The notes under the pieces: model-generated | The model's input: only the letters and a program-made list of their open reading frames with translations | What the model was told of the DNA's origin: nothing | Database searches by the model: none | In this document: positions 49,132 through 62,947 of the stretch, piece by piece | Numbering within the stretch: the stretch's first letter is position 1 | Layout: every line of letters starts with the position of its first letter | Position numbers and translations under genes: made by a program | Source of the DNA: Octopus bimaculoides | Taxonomy: Eukaryota | Assembly: GCF_001194135.2 (NCBI RefSeq) | Contig: NC_068986.1 | Coordinates: 5,055,492 to 5,119,491 of the forward strand | Length of the DNA stretch: 64,000 nucleotides | Reading direction: 5' to 3'

Positions 49132-49201
49132 ATGGAGACTGACCAAACTTCAGAATGTCATGAAAGTGATGATGGTAATAAGAACAACAGCAGTAGAAAC
49201 G
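49132..49201 (+). CDS. ANKRD49: ANKRD49 coding exon 1: METDQTSECHESDDGNKNNSSRN
   Basis: ttttag acceptor ending at 49125, ATG 6 nt into the exon, donor G|gtaata, phase 1 fits the next exon. Confidence 0.75.
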
Positions 49202-52200
49202 GTAATATTTTTACCAATAACTGCAATCTGGAAGGTACGATCAAAGTGTTATTTAATTTGAACTGTGTGGGGGTCACTTCCTGGTCCACCTTAAACAGAT
49301 CCATGCCATTGACACATGCATACAGTTAGAGCAAAGTATTTCCTTACTAACACAACTTATTCAACTGTAAAATAGAATACATCAGTCAGACTTGTCCAAG
49401 TTTACCTTGACTGACAATAATTTCTACTGCTAAAGACTCAATACGTTAGGTGTAGGAAGGTTTGAACTCATAACATGATATATCAGTAATAGACTACTAC
49501 CTTAAAGTCACAGCCAAAAATGCTACTCTTTTGTTTTGCTTCTTTACTTTCCGAGTTTAAATGTTGTTGAGGTCAACTTTGCCTTTCATCCATCTGGAAT
49601 CATTACAATAGTACCAGTCAAATACTGAAGTCAATGTAATCAGCTAACCCCCTTCCCTACAAATTGTATCTATATTTGAAACAATAGTTGTAAACTTCAT
49701 ATCTAACAACAATATTTTTTAAGTCACTATACTTCTGTGAGAAAATAATTAAAAAAGAAAAGAAACCTCTTTCATTCTGAAATGCCTTTCTAAGCGTATG
49801 TTGCTCTAATTAACAGTAAATTAGTAAAGTTGCTAGAATGTAGAACAAAATGCCTTGTGATATTTGGTCTGGCTTATTGTACTCCGAGTTCAAATCCCAC
49901 TGAAATCACCTTTAGCTTTCATTCTTTTATGAGGTCAATGAAATAAAGTACCAATCCAGAGCAGTGGACTGGTAAAATTGTTAGAGTTTTGGACAAGATG
50001 ACTTTCAGCATTTGTTCTGGCTCTAATCAACCGGAGTTTGTGGGTGGTAGACTTAATTCTTTGTCTGGCTTAACAACACCATATGGGCCCTGGATGCCTT
50101 TAGCAGAGTTCACTTTGTACAAATACGTGGTACAGATCTCTGGTTTGAGAATAATATGCTCCCTTTCCCCCACCAGTTTCAGAGGCTCTTTATATATAAA
50201 GGATTATGGGCACTGCCCTTTCCTTCATGACAAAGCATTAGGAAAAAAAATCAAAACTCCAAAATAGTGATTTATTGTTAGCATCCTGCTCAGCAGTATT
50301 TTGTGCCATTTCTGTTTTTTTTCCAAGCGACTGATATATTTGTGAACTGAAGCTATTTTGAGATGGTCAGTTTTTTTGTTATTTCTGATGTATTTGTATA
50401 ATATATTCAGTAATAAAATTGTTCCCTATTTTATTGGTAACAGATACAACAGCTCTAGAAGATGAAACAGAGGTAGAAGAAACTTTAAATTCTCAAAATA
50501 AGGATGATGGTAGTAAGATTGAAGGTGATAAGGATGGTGAAACTTCTTCCAAACATTCCAGTCTAAAAGGTATTGAGAAAATGTCATTTGAAAAATTCAA
50601 ACTATTTCCTAAGAATAATTAATCTTTAATATGTAAATACTATTTTTTAAAGTTATTTCATTTGCAACAAGGAAATAATCATATGTCTGGTATCAATGGA
50701 AGCCATTTCATAAGGTTTATTTTCTCACTTCACATCATATGCTAAATTATTTTAATAACTATTTTATTTTTAATTTTGTTAAGAAATGCTATTATTTAAT
50801 TATATTTGTTTGAGTAGCTGCTCTGATTATCAAACTGCTGGTCCAGCAAATTTTTAGAGAATGTACTATTTGTGTCTTTTCTTCCTTATTTTCTGTTACA
50901 AATTTTGCTTTATAGATGAAGTTGTTGTTTAAATCTATATTTCCAGATGTCAAAATTTTTGTATTTTTATCTTATCCCAAATTCTCTTGAGAGTATCCTT
51001 TATTCTCTGTTAGGATATATCATTTCTTATTAATGCTTTACAATTGTTTCTTAACTTGAACCAGCAATCATGGTACATTGAGTTATTAATTCTTTTAATT
51101 CAACTCAGCTTGATGCCATTGTGTACTTCAAAATATTTTGGTAGAAATTATGTATTCTTCCACTTATTTATTGATTTACCACATGTCTTTTTACATTATT
51201 TACAACAGATGATATGAATGCATATATACTGCGTGCTTCTGAAAAAGGCAGATATGACATTGTAGAGAAACTCTTAGAAAGAGATCCAAAATTGCTCAAC
51301 GCTACAGATGCTGACAATTATACACCTCTACATCGGTCAGTTTACAGTGGCCATGTTGAAATTGTCAAGGTAATCATGTTTTAAGTCATATCAATAATTG
51401 TTTTGCTAACGATACACTTAGTAACTGCTAGTTCACTAATATTACATCTAATCAATTGCAGCTTTTTTTTTTTTTATTGCTTATTTTACAAAATGTTTTA
51501 ATATCCAAAATTGTGTTAACAAACATCATAGAACAGTGAGAACTTTCTAGCCCTACAGGATACAGAGCATCCTCACTAGTGTTGGTCCCATAATATAATG
51601 CAACTTGTATAATCTGTAAAGTGGATAGTGAACAAGCTGAGACAATATAATGTTAAAAGAATCTTTTAGTTTGCTCAGGAGCTGGTGTCATGATAAACTG
51701 TACCTGGTATAACCCTGTAAATTGGTCAATGAACAGAGACAATATCAAGAGAACTCTTTAGTTTTATTAAGGGCATGACAACTTCTCACATACTGGTGCC
51801 ATGATAAAATGCACTCAATGCACTCTGTAAAGTAGTTGGTGTAAGGAAGGCCATCCAGCCATAGAATCCATGCCAAATATTGACACCATGGGAAAGATAT
51901 GGTCTGCCAACCCCATCTAGAAGGGCAGTAACTCTGAATAAAAACTGACGCAGGGCAATGACCCATCCGAACCATACAAGCACGGAAAACAGTTGTAAAA
52001 TGATGGCAAAATTTGCTGTTAGTGCCACAAAGCTTAATATATTAAAGAGATAACTTAGAATTGGGTTTTTTACTAATTCTACTCTCGTTATTGTACACCA
52101 AGAAGGGGGTTCTCAGATGTTTTGGTATTATTAAATTTCCCTCGTAAAGTGTAGACTTCTCTTTACCAAATGAGTCATATTTAGGGTTATTGCTCTTGCC

Positions 52201-54787
52201 AAGATCAGATTAAAATAATATTAATTATTGAACTTAAATATGTTGGATCTGATTTGACTTCTATTTTTTGTGCAAATAGCATGACTTGATACTTTCCCTT
52301 AGTAATTACATCTTTTTATCACTGTTTGTCTGCTTTATTGTACAGCAATATACTGATTCTTTTATCACTAATTTGGCAAGTACAGAGATGGCACTAATTT
52401 GTCTTTTACTACTTTTGTTGCATTCATCCCAAATTTCATCAAACTATCCTAGCATCCAACAAGTTCTTTTTTTTTTTTTATCTCTTAAATTTAAAAGTGT
52501 TATTTTCATATCTTGCTAACCAAAGAAAAACAAAAAAAGATTCTAACATATTTCTGAAATATTCTTCATTTTTTTCTACTCAAGAATAAGGTACATGAGC
52601 TCAGTTGTTAGAGTGTCAGGCATTTGATTATTAGGTTCATACACTGTGTTATGTCCTTGAGCAAAGCATATCATTTTTCCTTGCTATAGTCTACTCAGCT
52701 GATAACCAACTGCTGGTGCAACCCTCTCTCTTGCCAACTATCACATCATGGATGTTCTTCCAAGTTAACCCTTTTGTTACTGTATTTATTTTTAGATACT
52801 CTGTGTTTCTTTCAATTACTTTAAATATAACAAAGAATTTAGTAAAATAACTTAGTTATCATTCAGTTAGTGTTAGGAACATAAATTGTGACTAAGCTTT
52901 GGTGGAAGATTTTAATTCAAAACTTTTGAAAACAAGACATTTGTACTCAAAGCCAGAGCCGGTTTCAGCCGGGTTGGTAACGAAAGGGTTAAGGGTGGGA
53001 AGGTAAAGAGAGTGTCTGTCAATGCAATGTTGCATAGACACCAAAAGTAATTACTGAGAGCATGGTTCATGCTACCAAATTATACTCAATTGAGAGTGAC
53101 AGCTCTGGATATCTGATTTTCTCACCAAAGCATTTAGGAAATTTTTCACAATTGGACATATTCCACTAGTATACTGGAAGAGTAAGAATATTTGCTATAT
53201 ATAGAGTCGGCTGGTTATTCCAGAATTATTCTGAGATTTCTCTTAATAACATTGTTTAGTTGTCTCTTAGATATTAGTTTTACCATTGAGATAGCTGTAT
53301 TACTAAATTCATTTCTATTGCAGGTTTTTGTAACAACAAATACTATTACCTTAGTTTTACAAAGTTGAGTTTTAAAAACCAATATTTAACTCTGAAATTA
53401 ATAGCAGAGCAAATCATTAATGCCCACTGAAGTCCAGTCTTTGTTTTAGTTTGGTGGCTTGGGTGTCTCAGTGACTGTGAGAGCTATGCCAGCAGAGCAC
53501 AAATTCTTGGTACTCCCCCCCCACACACACACACACACACACAACCATGCTGAGCAGGTCAAAAGATAGAGACTAGACTAATATGAACTCCCTCTTCTCA
53601 GCAATAAAATTGGGTTTGCACTGAGCCGTTGCCCCTACCTAGAAAAAGTTGTTACAGAAGTGCTGATGGCAATTCAGCATCAAAACCTAGGGAAGATAAG
53701 ACAGCCCAGAGTCGAGAACAGTGGGAAACAAACCATTAATGGCCTGTACTCCATTGGGAGTAATGGGCTTAAGTAGTAAACCAATAGTATCACTTGGAAT
53801 ATTTATTTAAGCCAGCCATATCTGGCCAAAATAATCTACCTGTTTATCTTCAAACTGGCCATATCTGGCCTCTCATACTTACCAAACAATATTATTCTAA
53901 AAATAAACAATCGCGTCATTGAAATCTCAAAGTATCAGGTAATGCATAAAAAAAATGAAATAAAAAAATAAGCATTACATTTGACAGAGAAATCTGAATG
54001 CTAAAGGGGTAAAGTAGTAGAAAATAAAAATGATATATATTATTTAATTCTAATGTGTTACTATGGTTGTTGGCAAGATTTGATATAAAGAATCAGTATG
54101 CTATAAATGTTTTACTTTTCCCTGTATTATTATCATGAAGTGAATATAGAATTATTTCAATTCCATAAAAACTTCATAATCAGTCACTTTGTTTTACATT
54201 ATTAACTCTCCCATCAAGCTGGCAGAACCATTAGTACGCCAGGTGAAATGCTTAGTGGTATTTCTTCTGCTGTTGTGTTCCGAGTTCAAATTCCACCCTG
54301 GTCGGCTTTGCCTTTCATCCTTACGGGGTTAGTGAAATAAGTACCAGTTACACACTGGAGTCAACATAATCGACTAACCCCTTTCCCCAAAAAGTTTCAA
54401 GTCTTTGTACCTAGAGTAGAAATAATTGTTAACTCTTCCATCTTATTTCAGCTGCTGCTATCAAAAAATGCTAAAGTTGATGCTTCCACAATTGATGGCT
54501 GGCAACCACTGCATTGTGCATGTCACTGGAGTCAAATAGACATAGCATTTTTATTATTACAGAATGGGGCAGACATCAATGCTCAGACCAATGGTGGTTT
54601 GACTCCACTCCATCTGGCTGCTGCTACTTCCTGTAAATCAATACTTGAAATGTTACTAATGAATCGATACTTGAACTGGAATCTGAAAAACGCTGCAAAT
54701 GAAAATCCTTGTCAAGTTTCAAAATGTTCCAGTAAAAATTTTTATTTATTTGAAATTACAGAAGACCGAATAAATTTATTGAAATAA
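49132..54787 (+). CDS. ANKRD49: Ankyrin repeat domain-containing protein 49 (230 aa, 4 coding exons)
   Basis: Exons 49132-49201, 50444-50569, 51209-51369 and 54452-54787 splice in frame (693 nt). The ankyrin repeats YTPLHR..YSGH, DGWQPLHCACHW, INAQTNGGLTPLHLAA and the C-terminal LLMNRY...YLFEI match ANKRD49. Confidence 0.92.
50444..50569 (+). CDS. ANKRD49: ANKRD49 coding exon 2 (acidic): (D)TTALEDETEVEETLNSQNKDDGSKIEGDKDGETSSKHSSLK
   Basis: taacag acceptor, gtattg donor, 126 nt, phase 1-1. Confidence 0.75.
51209..51369 (+). CDS. ANKRD49: ANKRD49 coding exon 3: (D)DMNAYILRASEKGRYDIVEKLLERDPKLLNATDADNYTPLHRSVYSGHVEIVK
   Basis: acaacag acceptor, gtaatc donor, ankyrin TPLH motif. Confidence 0.95.
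52769..52988. mobile_element. piggyBac-like MITE (220 bp)
   Basis: TTAA TSDs at 52765-52768 and 52989-52992; TIRs CCCTTT(T/C)GTTAC. Confidence 0.85.
54452..54787 (+). CDS. ANKRD49: ANKRD49 last coding exon: LLLSKNAKVDASTIDGWQPLHCACHW...YLFEITEDRINLLK*
   Basis: cttatttcag acceptor, two ankyrin repeats, stop at 54785-54787. Confidence 0.95.
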   Translation: MLLSKNAKVDASTIDGWQPLHCACHWSQIDIAFLLLQNGADINAQTNGGLTPLHLAAATSCKSILEMLLMNRYLNWNLKNAANENPCQVSKCSSKNFYLFEITEDRINLLK

Positions 54788-55109
54788 AAGATATTTTAAT
54801 GTTTTCATAAATGTGCTGTGTCATTGTTGTTATTGTGTAGTCTCAGGTCAATCATGATCAAACAAGCCTATGGTCAAAAACTTCTAGTTCAAACTATCTT
54901 GTCTTTCTCCCAGGGACCCTGCATAAAGAACTACTTCACCCAATGGTACCTTCTTTTATAAGAGTGTAGGGTACTTTTTGCTGAATGTTCAAAGCAGCTG
55001 ATACATTCACTGTGAAAAAATTAAAGTGTTCAGTTTTAACCCACTAGCTTGCATATAATTTAAACAATCACACTTCATAATAGCCCTATTATTTTTCATT
55101 ATCTTTTAT

Positions 55110-55115
55110 AATAAA
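55110..55115 (+). promoter_or_regulatory. Candidate ANKRD49 polyadenylation signal AATAAA
   Basis: About 320 nt after the stop, just before a SINE. A second AATAAA overlaps the stop codon (54783-54788). Confidence 0.4.
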
Positions 55116-55295
55116 CATATCAGTGCAGACATTGTTGTATGGTAGAGAAACTTGCTTTCCAATCACATGGTTTTGGATTCAGTCCCACAGCATGGCACCT
55201 TGAGAAAGTGTCTTCAACAATAGCCCTATGTTAACCAAAACCTTTATAAGTGGATTTGATAGAAAGAAACCTGTCTGATATATGTGTGAGTGTGT

Positions 55296-56830
55296 GAAGA
55301 TAGGGAAAGCTCCTCAGCCCATCAGGAATTGCCACTGGGATGCTTAAAATATCTGGCAGAGCGGGATATAGCCTAGTCAGCCATATAGTTAATCAGGTTG
55401 TCCATGAGGGAGTTATACCCAACGACTGGTACAATGGTAAAGATGATGCCTTAGACAAGAATAATTACATAAGTACCAAATTGCTGGACCAGGTCATGAA
55501 AGTTACAGAGAGGGTCATAGCTCAACTAATTAGGAAGGAAGTTTGTCTAAATGAGATGCAGTTTAGTTTTGTGCCAGAGAGAAGCACTACTGATGCTCTC
55601 TTCCTAGCCAGGCAACTGCAGGAGAAGCATCTAGCAAAAACTAAGCCTCTGTACTTAGCTTTTGTCAACATGAAGAAAGTCATTGACAGGGTCCCCCACT
55701 CCCTTATCTAGCAGTCAATGCAGAAGCTAGGGATAGGTGAGTGGATGGTGAGAGCCATACAAGCCATGTACAGGGATACTGCCGGTAAGGTGAAAGTTGG
55801 CGATGAGTATAGCAAATAATTTAGTGTATAGGCAAGAGTCCACCAAGGATCGTTTCTCAGCACCCCACTCTTTATCATAATCCTCCAGGTCATAACAGTG
55901 AAATTTAAGACTGGTTGCCTTTGAGAGCTTCTCTACACTGATGACCATGTTCTTATAGCTGAATCTCTACTAGAATTAAAAGAAATTTCATGTGTGAAAG
56001 GAAGGTTTGGAATCAAAAGGCCTTAATTAATTTGGCAAGACCAAAGTCCTAGTAAGTTGGAAAGCAGACAGATTATTAATCCCTTCAGGGAGATTGCCCT
56101 GCTATATACATAGAAAAGGTGTAGGTAGAAATTCCATATTGTGTTCCCAATGCAAGCTATGGACATAATAGAGGTACAGTGGTATCACAGGAAGATTAAC
56201 AGAGTAGTCTGTGTGTGTGTGTAGGTACAATTAACACTAGGAAACAGATTTCCTCAAATATCCAGAGGGATCCTTAGAGGTAGTAGATAGCTTCTGTGAC
56301 CAAGTTAGTAGCGAAGGGGGATGCTCTAAAACCGTAGTTGCTTGAATGAGAACGGCTGTGTAAAGTTCAAAGAGCTAAGTTTGTTGGCAACAAAGGGCAG
56401 ATTGTATGATGCCTGTGTATGTACAGCTATGCTGCTTGGCAGTGAAACATGCTCTATGACTACAGAGGACCTGAGAAGGCTTGAAAGAAATGAGGCCAGC
56501 ATGCTCCGCTGGTTGGGTAATGTCTGTGTACATGCTCGACTGAGTGTAAGTATTTTAAGAAAAATCGAGTACAAGAGACATTAGATGTAGTATGCAAGAG
56601 AGAAGGCTGTATTGGTATGGTCATGTGATGTGTATGGAAGAGAACAACAGCATAAAGAAGTACCAATCTCTAGTTGTAGAGGAAGCCTATAGCAGCAGTA
56701 ACCCAGGAAGACGTGGGATGAAGTGATGAGAAATGATCTTCAGATGTTGAGCCTCACAGGGAAAATAACAGGGAACCAAGACCTGGTAATTTGTTGTGCT
56801 TGAGAAGACACATTAAGCTAAGTAAAATCA
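55296..56830 (+). mobile_element. 5'-truncated, degraded RTE-clade LINE (RT domain to 3' end)
   Basis: EMQFSFVPERSTTDALFLARQLQEKHLAKTKPLYLAFVNMKKVIDRVP, VHQGSFLS, LLYTDD and later MLLGSETCSMTTEDLRRLERNEASMLRW, with stops and frameshifts. Confidence 0.93.
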
Positions 56831-58229
56831 TGGCCATCCATACATACAGGCTTGTCCATTACAGCCATGTCTGCCTTACACACACATGCACAATCTGTCC
56901 TCTGTCAAAACTCCCCTGCAACCCATCTCAATACCCTCTCCATCCCACTACCCATGATCCCCACCCACTACATGCCTTTCCACTCTCCATACCCCCACAT
57001 ATCTACCATACCCCCTTTCCTAACCACTCAGATTTCTCTCACCATCACTTGCTCCAGTCATCTTTTCCCCACCTCCACATATTTCCCCTCATGCTTTTAG
57101 GGAACATCCTCAGCTATCCCCTCTGTACCACATACTTACCCCCACAGTTCCCTACAGGTAGGTCTTGATGCATCACTTCCAGCACTTAACATCCATAATT
57201 CACACCCACAATGTATTATTACTTAAAAATTAATTCATGTTTTCATTGAAATTTTTAGATTTTTCTTTTAACTGTTTTTATTCATAAACCTTTGACTCTA
57301 AATGGAGCATTGGGCACCAACTAGAGATCTCCATCTGTCTCAATATTTGGCAATATATTGCAATTGTTGTCCCAAGTGTAGCTGTTCAGTACTGCTCCAG
57401 TTTTTGTGGACCTTCTCCATGTTTTTGGTCAGCTATGCTTTTGTGCCTCTCTCTTAAACTTAAGCCTTTGTAGCTGTTTCAATCTGACATTTTACTTCTT
57501 TCATAGATCAAACATTATCCATTATTTCCACCCCCAACCAAATGTTTAAATTCATTGACTTGATTGAGTATATTGTCCACTATTTCAAATGGATTGACCA
57601 TTTTATTATTACTTTTACAATTTATTAATATTTTGCATTTTTTAGAACTTATTTTCATTCCAAATCATCTTGCAATTTCTATCAAAATGTGTTCTTGTAT
57701 CACTAAGTTCTTATTCATTATGTCCTATTATTACCGAACACAATTTGCAGTTAGAAATATACCATTTACTTTTGATAACCACAATAGCACAAGTAAGAAT
57801 TTTCCAGAATAAGAAACTGTTGAGAAATGAAATATGCTCATGACTTAAAGTTTATAAAACATCTTAACTCAACAAAAGGCTAGATTTCTTTTGTACAATC
57901 TTATTTGTAACATTCAATACCTCAACTATGGATTTCTGTGCTCTACATTCAAAAAATTAAAAATGCCTTTGATAGGAATACCAGAAACACAATAAATAGC
58001 TTTGGTTGGCAACAAAAAAAATCTTCAACTCGTAAATAAAAAAAACTTTTAAATCTATTTACCATAATAAAAGGAAAATTGTTCAGTTCTGTGTCAATAC
58101 CATTGTCAATTTTACATCCATTTTTCTTATAGACATGTGTTGAGCAGATTGGTTCCCAACACACCATCTCCCCAGCTGTTTTATTCCTTTGTAATCTCCT
58201 TCAAAAGAACCAGTATTCTGAGAACAGAT

Positions 58230-59895
58230 CTTCTCCCTTCCTACATATTCTTCCACTTTTCACTCAACTTTCATTCCTGATGCACATCATATGTCTTTCT
58301 TGCACACAATGACTAATTCCACTAATACCCATTTTTTTTCTCTTAGCGTACTTGTGCTCCATCATTCATACCAAGCAGCACATCCAACAGACCAAGCTGG
58401 ATGTATAATATTTGTGGCTATGAATGATGTCTAATGTTTCTTTCCAGCCTTCTATATTCAATACCTGAGTTCAAATTCTGCCATGGTCAACTTTGTCTTT
58501 CATCGTTTCAGGGTCAATAGGATAAGTACCAGTTGAACTCTAGAGTTGATGTAATCCATTTACTCACTCCCTTGAAATTGTTGGCCTTGTGCCAAAATTT
58601 AAAATAAATATTATACTTTGTACATATATACTAAACAATCAAAGAGAAAAGCCCTTTGTTATAAACAGAGATTTTGGTACCCTGAAATCTTCTCCATTTC
58701 AGCCTTATTCTGGAAAATATGCTTTAAAGATATCCACATTCACCACTTACAAATCACTTAAGTAGCTGAAACTATCAACTACTTCTAGCAAGTGTTCTGG
58801 GTAGATGAAAGACTTCATTTCTTGGGTGTTCTTCCAGCTAACTACTGCACATTTATTGCATATGGATACCTCTTTCTCTTTCAATCTACATTGGGTACAC
58901 ATTACAGTGTTCCTGCTCCCTGCACTTTCTGCTGGTTGAGCATAGCCACTTCCAATATGTTAGTAAGTATCTATAGGTTGTTGTAGTATTAATGTTTCCT
59001 TTCCTCCTAAGTAAGACTTTCATCTTTGCTACATTGAATTTTAGGCTTCTCATGCTTTCATCTAAGTTTTTATAGTTCTATTTACTGTACTATTCCAGCA
59101 CCATGTGAGACCTTGCTCCATCCACAGATCCGGTTTTTGGTTTATAGTACATTGTTTTGCAGCAATTCCCATTTAACTTTTATCTGTATCATAGTCCCTT
59201 ATTTCTTCCTACCATTTATCATCAACATTGCTGAGTACAACTTGAAATTTATATACAGCAGATAAGCCCTCAGTCATTAGTAACTTCTAGCTCTTATCCC
59301 GAGGCAATGAATTACTTGTCTATGTTGAATAATACAGTCTTCATTAGACAGAGATTTAACATTTACATGCTGTTGCCTGTTTTGTTTTCTGGTGAGAACA
59401 TCTGACTCGTTGTTCATCTGAGAGTTACAACAATCAGATGACTGACTGACTTTCTGAAATTTGTGTTACAAATGGTTAAGTCAAATATGTCACAGAACTC
59501 AAAGATCCTTGATTCTTCTTCATTTCTTGTACCATAGCCATATTTTCCATGTATTGCAAAGTACTCATAATGATGTTATCCAGCATGTCTTTCAAAATTT
59601 ACAGCCACAATAATGAGGTTGATGTGCCTGTTTTCCAGATAGTCTGCAAGAGGGCATATGTAGAGATCATTGTTGCTGTTGTGTCATCTATGACATGTCT
59701 AAGCTTAATTACTGTGTCACATATTTTGACTACCTCAGTTACTCAATTCATTTCTCTGCCAACAATATGCCTACTCCACAGCTGTTAGCTACCTAAAACT
59801 TTCTTTACATGTCTTCCTGTCACTGAGGAGTCTGGCTGAGGCTCCCCACCATCTCACCTCTTGCACACAGCCCACATCAACTCATCTCTGCTCTA
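58230..59895 (-). mobile_element. Highly degraded, internally deleted RTE LINE including the APE endonuclease region
   Basis: VDVGCVQEVRWWGASARLL...HGKYGYGTRNEEESRIFEFCDIFDLTICNTNFRK, then LEVVDSFSYL...TKGFSL; a SINE is inserted at about 58440-58610. Confidence 0.8.
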
Positions 59896-62382
59896 GCAAC
59901 TCTATTTCTATAAACCTAACTTGTATAATGATAATTGTAATAATGACAGCCCTAAAGCTCTGTGCCTAAAAAGTCAAAACATTAGTGAGGTTGTTCATAC
60001 ATAGCACAATATGGTAAGTATTAATCGTGTTCATGAAGCAGTTTTCTTTTATCATTTGAGTATCAAAATTTCATAATGATCAATTAAGTGATTGGGTGCT
60101 CTTCCTATCACTAACTACTTTACAACATAGACTGGGCTTATTTCATTGTGCCACCAGCACTACAGAGGTTATCTGCCAGGACTAAAATATCTCCTCTACA
60201 CTATATTGACTTCAGTTTAAAGTTTCTGCTCTCCCATATGAGTTGCTTTCACTGCTGCTTACATATCCCACATTTTCCTCTGTTAGATATGGACCAAAAC
60301 CATTCTGAATACTGTTAGACTTGTTCAAAGTGCTTTGGCAAGTTGCCATTATTCTGGTTAAGAAGCCATGTCCTTCCAATATACTGTCAGTGAAGCCTTA
60401 CAGAGGTGAGGTAAAGGGAAAGAAGGAGCTTACCGTAATTCTCTGGGGCAGCAGGGAATGAGGCTGTCTGCATGACATGGGTAGATGTGCAAGTTGGACT
60501 TCAATTGTTAATATAGCAGCATAGATGGGAAGTTAGATAAACCAACCAGACTCTCTATGGGTATATGTCCACTATTTGCAGTTATTAATAGTAAAGCTCA
60601 TTGCCTCATGCCTGTATAACAATGAACTCAAATATTATTTAAAAAGTGAAAACAAATGAAAGACTTAGCTGTAACCATAAAAACATTTATTTGCAATATA
60701 AATAATTTATAAGTGAGATGTGTGTGGTGGGACAAGATGAAGGAGTTTTTGTAATCTAGTTTCCCAAAGAATAAAATCCAGCTGGTGTGTAATCTTTTTC
60801 AGTCTTTTGGAGAAAGGACATAAATTTATATCTTTCTCCCATTTGTTCTGGATCAATCAACATTTTACAACCTGATATAAGATCTTTATGTAACTCAGAC
60901 TTCACATTTTGCAGCAGGACCTAAAAATAAGTGCAAATAACTTTTGAAGTTTTATTGTAAGAATTAACAATCATAATTGTAGTAATAATAATTATAAATT
61001 TGGAATTTTATTGTAATTAATAAATAAGTGATTTAGATATATGACCAGCAAGTTTGAAAGAAGGTTTGTGATTATATCAACCTCAGTATTAAACTGGTAC
61101 TTTATTTTATTGACCCACAAAGAGATGAAATTCAATGTTGACTTAAGTAGCATTCAACATCAGAATGTAAGGAGCCAGAAGATATATCATAAAGTATTTT
61201 GTTCAATGTTCTAACGATTTATTCCAGTTCACTGCTCTGAAGTTTTATCGTAATCATGTCTAACAGAAGCAAGTTTGATGAGAAGAGAATTATATCAATT
61301 TTTGATTGGTATTTATTTTAACAACTCTTGATGGATGAAAGAAAATGTTGACCTCAGCAGGATTTGAAAACTTTTATGTAATAATGGCTTCAAATTTTGG
61401 CACAAGGCCAGCAACTTGAGGGCAGGAGATAAGTTGATTACATTGACCCCAGTGCTCAACTGGTACTTATTTTATCAACTCTGTAAGGATGAAAAGCAAA
61501 GCTGACCTCAGCAGAATTTGAACTCAGAGCATAAAGACAGATGAAATGCCACAAAGCATTTGGCGTGATGTGCTAACAATTTTGCCAATTCACTGCCTTA
61601 AAACTTTTTTATTATAATAATTATATTTTTAAGCAGACTTACGCTTAAATGATTCTCAACCATGGCCATCTTGTGTTTTGTATATTTAGGACAACATTAT
61701 TCACTGTTCCTCTTTTTCCAAGATGGTGGAAGTGTGAGTTGAGGAAATTTCTATTTGCTACTTCTATAAATCAATCTATAATACAGAGACTCCCTCATTG
61801 GGTCTATATACATCAATAAGTGCACATATGTACAACACATACTCGTAGGTTAGATGTGCATCAAAAATTGGAAAACAGCTGTTACAAAACTCGTATAAGC
61901 ATAATTTCATAGTCTGGTATGAAATTATAAGTGTATAGTGTAGAGATTACAAGCGATAGTGTGTTGTTTATCTCTTTGAATAAACATGGACAGTTTACAC
62001 GAGTGCAACAACAGTATAATGTGACTAATATTGATTTTTGGTTTCACATGTACAAGGCCAATTTGTACTGCGAGAAGTTATCTTAGTCAAATCTATCAAG
62101 TTTTAACATATTGCTCAAAAATATATTTTATCACATCTAAATGGATGAAAAGCTACATTAACCTGAATAAGATTTGAACTCATACAGAAACAAATATAAA
62201 AACTATAAGACATTTTAACCTGACACTTCATTATCTCTATCACCTCAGTCTTGGAACCAATAATGGAGGTATTATAAAAACAAGATTTCATTGTGGCTTG
62301 TGAGATAAATATGTCCTTATTAATTTAATCTCCATTTCTGCTGTATTTATAGCTTATTAATTTTTTTTTTTATAAGAATATC

Positions 62383-62947
62383 GGATCTTTTTTAAAACGG
62401 GGGCCACATTTTTCATTAATGTTTTACGTAGTGTTTTTGGTACCGAAAGACTTTCAAACTTCGTATACTTATCTATTTTGTGTTATAGAACAGAAAAATA
62501 TTTTTGTATTCGAATTTATTTCATGTAAAAAATTGTCTTATTTTGATAATTTCAACCAATCACTGACAAGTATTCAGTTGTTTATATTTACTCCTTTGGC
62601 TGATTAAGCGGTGTAAAGCGTATTTAATTTCCATAGCTTCGTTTTGCTTTTTTCTTTTTAAATTTGCTGTTTTACCCTAACCCTAACCCTAACCCTATCA
62701 CCGATAGAATTGTTTCAGAATCATTTGTTTATGTAGTCGGCACTTAATGTATATCGGCTGAATGGACGTCAGTGATTGGTTGAAATTACAGAAATACGAC
62801 AACTTTAACAGGAAATAACTTAGGGATTTCTTTTGTTTTAAAGAAGACTAAGAGAAAAAGATGTTTTATATGACACATTCTACCAGTGTTCTAAGTTTCA
62901 AAGTGTTTCGTTAATGAAAAATGTGGCCCCCGTTTTAAAAAAGATCC
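62383..62947. mobile_element. Non-autonomous DNA transposon (Merlin-like): perfect 37-bp TIRs, 8-bp TSD, internal (CCCTAA)n
   Basis: TIR GGATCTTTTTTAAAACGGGGGCCACATTTTTCATTAA at 62383-62419 and 62911-62947; TSD AGAATATC at 62375-62382 and 62948-62955. Confidence 0.9.
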
